From a virus: a stretch of DNA of 64,000 bases. This document shows positions 60,442-64,000 of this stretch, piece by piece (the first letter of the stretch is position 1; every line of letters begins with the position of its first letter). Location of the stretch: the IMG/VR virus record IMGVR_UViG_3300025853_000043; one strand, written 5' to 3'. A program made the position numbers and the translations under genes. A model generated the notes under the pieces. It was not told the origin of the DNA. It searched no databases and saw only the letters and a program-made list of their open reading frames with translations.

Positions 60442-61104
60442 ATGGATACTGATCTCCTTTATGGTTGGCATGTATTACAAGGTGATAGTACTCTAGAGAG
60501 AGCTTTTAATAAATCTAAAATTTCAACTATTTTAGATTATCAAAAAGATCAATTAGATACAGCAATATCTTTTTGTAAAAACTTTAGACATACTATTGAC
60601 ATTGGAGCCAATTATGGACTAATGTCGGCTAATATGTCTAATATATTTAAAAAAGTTTCTGCATTTGAAATAGTTCCTGAAATTAATGCTTGCTTTAAAA
60701 TGAATGCAAAAAAATTTAATTTACAAAATGTAGAAATATATGACTGCGGATTAGGCGACAAAAAAGAAAAAGTTTCTATAAATTTTAATCCTAAAAGTAC
60801 CTTTTCAACTCATATTAGTACAAATCAAGAAAATACTACCAAGGTAAAAATTTCTACATTAGATTCATTTAATTTTACAAATGTAGATTTTATTAAAATT
60901 GATGCAGAAGGGTTTGAACCTTTTATTATCAAAGGTGGTTTAAAAACAATTTTAAAATATAAACCTGTAATTCTTTATGAAAGAAAAGGACATGAAAAAA
61001 GATATGGATTTCAAAAAAATTCAGTACTAGATATTTTATCTCGCCATGGATATACAGAGTTAGCTAATATAGGAAGCAAAAATGCTTTGATAGGTGTGAA
61101 ATGA
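60442..61104 (+). CDS. FkbM-family methyltransferase
   Basis: IDIGANYG, AFE, GLGD, TLDSF, FIKIDAEGFE. Confidence 0.88.
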   Translation: MDTDLLYGWHVLQGDSTLERAFNKSKISTILDYQKDQLDTAISFCKNFRHTIDIGANYGLMSANMSNIFKKVSAFEIVPEINACFKMNAKKFNLQNVEIYDCGLGDKKEKVSINFNPKSTFSTHISTNQENTTKVKISTLDSFNFTNVDFIKIDAEGFEPFIIKGGLKTILKYKPVILYERKGHEKRYGFQKNSVLDILSRHGYTELANIGSKNALIGVK

Positions 61105-61721
61105 AAAAAGTATTTGAATACTGGATGCCAGATACAGATGAACACTTTGAAAGATTAATTGCAAAAAGAGTTAAAAATGGTGGCCCGCCGCAGTATCAAG
61201 ATGATGTAAGAGATGAAGCATACAAGTATGTAAGTGACTTTAACATTGCAGTTGACATAGGTGCTAATGTTGGTCTGTGGTCTAAACCTCTTACAGAAAA
61301 GTTTAACCAAGTAATAGCTTACGAACCTCTTGAGCAAGTATATTCGTGCTTAGAAAGAAATGTAAGTGGACTGCCTGTACAAATTCATAAACACGCATTA
61401 GGCAGTGTTAATGATGTAGTTGAAATGGTATTTGACGAAGAAAACACAGGCGGCAGTTTTGTTAGTGAAATTGGCACCGGTAGTATTCAAATTAAAAGAT
61501 TAGATGATTTAAATTTACCAAAGTTTGGATTATTAAAAATTGATTGTGAAAGACATGAATTAGAAGTGTTAAAAGGCGCAATGGATACTATCCTTAGATA
61601 CAAACCAATTATAGTATGTGAACAGCAAGCTGACACAGATCAATGTGCAGGTATGTATTTGAAATCTTTTGGCGCCAGAGAAATAACAAACGTAAGGAAA
61701 GACTATATCTTTGGATGGTAA
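61101..61721 (+). CDS. FkbM-family methyltransferase
   Basis: VDIGANVG, AYEP, ALG, RLDDL, LLKIDCERHE. Confidence 0.88.
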   Translation: MKKVFEYWMPDTDEHFERLIAKRVKNGGPPQYQDDVRDEAYKYVSDFNIAVDIGANVGLWSKPLTEKFNQVIAYEPLEQVYSCLERNVSGLPVQIHKHALGSVNDVVEMVFDEENTGGSFVSEIGTGSIQIKRLDDLNLPKFGLLKIDCERHELEVLKGAMDTILRYKPIIVCEQQADTDQCAGMYLKSFGAREITNVRKDYIFGW

Positions 61722-62580
61722 AATTTTATTAACTGGTTCACACGGATTTATTGGCAGTCATTACTACAAACATTTACAAAAACAAAATGCATATGTAGTA
61801 CCTTACGATAAAAAAATCCGCGGTGAAGATTTATCAGATAAAAATACTACACAATTATTACCTGACTATGATATTGTAGTACACCTTGCTGCAACTAATG
61901 GCACTAAATTATTTTATGAACAGCCAACTGATGTACTAATAAATAATACACTACCAACAATAAATTTAATTGAACGTTATAAAAATACCAATACTAAATT
62001 TGTTTTTGCTAGTACTTGTGAAATATTTAATGGAGCAATTGATGCAGGTTATTACCATGTGCCAACTGATGAGCAAGTACCGGTTGTGTTTAACGACATT
62101 ACGAATCCAAGATGGAGTTATAGCATTCCGAAAGCTCTAGGTGAAAACCTAGTAGCAAACAGCGGATTAGATTATTTAATTATTAGATATTTTAATGTTT
62201 ATGGTCCAGGACAAGTAGATCATTTCGTCAACGAATTTGTAGAACGCTGTAAACGTGGCGAGTATTATATTAAAGGCGATGATACTAGAAGTTTTTGTTA
62301 TATAGATGATGCAGTGCAAATGACTGACATTCTTATCAAAAAATCTTGTAGTAACATAGTGCATGTTGGAAATGACAACGAAGTAAAGATAAGCGTAGTA
62401 GCAAAACTTATTATGGGCTTTATGGGTATAAATCCTGACAAGTTACAAATACTACCAGGTCCAGAAGGCAGTGCAAAACGTAGATGTCCTGATACAACAC
62501 TAGTACAAATGCTAACAGGATTTACTAATTATACTCCTTTAGACGTTGGACTTAAAAAAACAATAGAAAGTTTATTATGA
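61711..62580 (+). CDS. NAD-dependent nucleotide-sugar epimerase/dehydratase
   Basis: TGSHGFIG, VHLAA, FASTCE, YSIPK (YxxxK), RYFNVYGP, TRSFCYIDD. Confidence 0.9.
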   Translation: MDGKILLTGSHGFIGSHYYKHLQKQNAYVVPYDKKIRGEDLSDKNTTQLLPDYDIVVHLAATNGTKLFYEQPTDVLINNTLPTINLIERYKNTNTKFVFASTCEIFNGAIDAGYYHVPTDEQVPVVFNDITNPRWSYSIPKALGENLVANSGLDYLIIRYFNVYGPGQVDHFVNEFVERCKRGEYYIKGDDTRSFCYIDDAVQMTDILIKKSCSNIVHVGNDNEVKISVVAKLIMGFMGINPDKLQILPGPEGSAKRRCPDTTLVQMLTGFTNYTPLDVGLKKTIESLL

Positions 62581-63320
62581 TTATAGGTGTAGTAGGTATA
62601 GGTGTTGTTGGAAAAGCAAATGTTAACGGCTTTAAAAGGTTAGGACACACCGTACTTGAGCACGATGTCAAATATAATACAGCTTTAAGAGATGTGTTGA
62701 CTGCAGAAATTATTTTTATTTGCACTCCTGAAGACCAAGTTAATAATGTTGTAAAAGATATTAGCCTGTATGATTATAAAGGAGTAGTAGCAATTCGAAG
62801 CACAACTACTCCGGGTACTACAGATGAACTAATAAAAAAACATAACATAGATATTTGTTTTGTACCTGAATTTCTTAGACAAAATTATGCTGACAAAGAT
62901 TTTGAACAATGTGATTTATTAGCTATTGGTACAAATAATTTAAAAATAGGACGTAAAGTAAGAAACGCTTTTGGTAAGTTACCTAAAAATGTAGATTATA
63001 TGATGCCAGCAGAAGCAGAAATATTGAAATTATATAATAACTCTTATGCAGCACTTAGAGTTGTGTTTGCTAATATTATGTACGATATTGCCAACAAATA
63101 TGATGCAGATTATAGTGTTATAAAAAATGCGTATAAAAAAACAAATAAAACAAGTGGAAATTATTTAGATGTAAATAAAAATTTACGTGGTTATAGCGGT
63201 GCCTGTTTACCTAAAGACACTTTAGCTCTTTCTAAATTAATTAATGATCTTAAATTAGATTACACACTTGTACAATCGATTCATAACGATAATTTAAAAT
63301 TACCAAAAAATAAAACTTAG
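62577..63320 (+). CDS. UDP-glucose/GDP-mannose dehydrogenase family, lacking the C-terminal domain
   Basis: GIGVVG, IFICTP, IRSTTTPGTT, PEFLR, AEILKLYNNSY, GYSGACLPKD; only 247 aa. Confidence 0.85.
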   Translation: MIIGVVGIGVVGKANVNGFKRLGHTVLEHDVKYNTALRDVLTAEIIFICTPEDQVNNVVKDISLYDYKGVVAIRSTTTPGTTDELIKKHNIDICFVPEFLRQNYADKDFEQCDLLAIGTNNLKIGRKVRNAFGKLPKNVDYMMPAEAEILKLYNNSYAALRVVFANIMYDIANKYDADYSVIKNAYKKTNKTSGNYLDVNKNLRGYSGACLPKDTLALSKLINDLKLDYTLVQSIHNDNLKLPKNKT

Positions 63321-63331
63321 TAAAGTACGCA

Positions 63332-63339
63332 TATAAATA
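63332..63339 (+). promoter_or_regulatory. Late promoter TATAAATA
   Basis: Exact consensus 4 nt before the ATG at 63344. Confidence 0.65.
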
Positions 63340-63343
63340 CTAC

Positions 63344-64000
63344 ATGAAAGTAGTACTAGTTACAGGTGGATTTGATCCTCTACATTCCGGGCACATTGCC
63401 TATTTTAAAGCAGCACGAGAACTTGGAGATCACTTAGTAGTTGGTCTTAATTCTGATGCTTGGCTTACACGCAAAAAGGGTCGTCCGTTTATGTCAATTG
63501 ATGAACGGGCTGCCATTGTTAAAGAACTAGAATGTGTAGATGAAGTTATAGCATTTGACGATAACGACAACACAGCATGTCTTGCTATAGGGCAAGTTTT
63601 ATCTACAAAGGCAAGTAGTTGGAAACTTATCTTTGCTAATGGCGGTGATAGAACAAATAAAACAACACCAGAATTTGAAACTTGGGGCAATCATCCTGAT
63701 GTTGAATTTGCCTGGGGTGTTGGCGGTAAAGATAAGAAAAACTCAAGCAGTTGGATACTCAAAGATTGGAGTCAACCTACAACAGAACGTGCTTGGGGCA
63801 AATACACTATATTAGATAAAGGTGAAGGTTGGCAAGTTAAACAACTTGAGTTTGCAGCAGGTAAAGCACTTAGTGATCAACGACACTTTAAACGCAGCGA
63901 ACACTGGCACGTTGTTAATGGCGTTATCAATATGTTCCTTGAAGATAAAATAGGAAGAAGAACTAGCACACTATTAACGCCAGGTGATAGTATTGACATT
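63344..64000 (+). CDS. Cytidylyl/adenylyltransferase fused to a cupin (PMI type II C-terminal-like); runs off the window end
   Basis: Hand translation MKVVLVTGGFDPLHSGHIAYFKAA...GLNSDAWLTRKKG...FANGGDR, then RAWGKYTIL...QVKQLE...LSDQRHFKRSEHWHVVNG. Confidence 0.85.
   Translation, partial: MKVVLVTGGFDPLHSGHIAYFKAARELGDHLVVGLNSDAWLTRKKGRPFMSIDERAAIVKELECVDEVIAFDDNDNTACLAIGQVLSTKASSWKLIFANGGDRTNKTTPEFETWGNHPDVEFAWGVGGKDKKNSSSWILKDWSQPTTERAWGKYTILDKGEGWQVKQLEFAAGKALSDQRHFKRSEHWHVVNGVINMFLEDKIGRRTSTLLTPGDSIDI

Noticed and set aside
1-64000. Stop-codon reassignment, introns or inteins
   Set aside because: Portal, MCP, terminase, sheath and UvsX read intact in the standard code; TAA, TGA and TAG all end genes; no splice motifs seen.

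Overview
A 64-kb, AT-rich (roughly 35% GC by eye), gene-dense segment of a large T4-like myovirus genome, probably aquatic or marine; an alphaproteobacterial host is inferred only from the MetF-like gene. It holds most of the morphogenesis cluster: gp26-like hub/chaperone, tape measure, portal, core/scaffold, prohead protease, major capsid, two giant paralogous fibre proteins (3129 and 3617 aa), neck gp13/gp14, gp15, sheath, tube, gp4 and both terminase subunits. SSB-UvsX-UvsY follow, then the start of a nucleotide-sugar/glycan-modification cluster. Late genes are preceded by a T4-like (G/T)ATAAATA promoter; a few sigma70 promoters and intrinsic terminators are visible. Top leads: (1) a candidate -1 frameshift (T TTT TTC plus hairpin) fusing the gp26-like gene to an unannotated gp51-like ORF; (2) a ~280-nt structured non-coding RNA with its own promoter and terminator; (3) apparent complete absence of the palindrome ACWGT, with ACSGT common; (4) putative capsid-cargo polyproteins carrying peptidoglycan-binding or LysM cassettes between predicted prohead-protease sites; (5) glycan enzymes interleaved with virion genes. 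All protein calls come from motif recognition and synteny, with no database search. No tRNA, CRISPR array, intein or transposase was seen.
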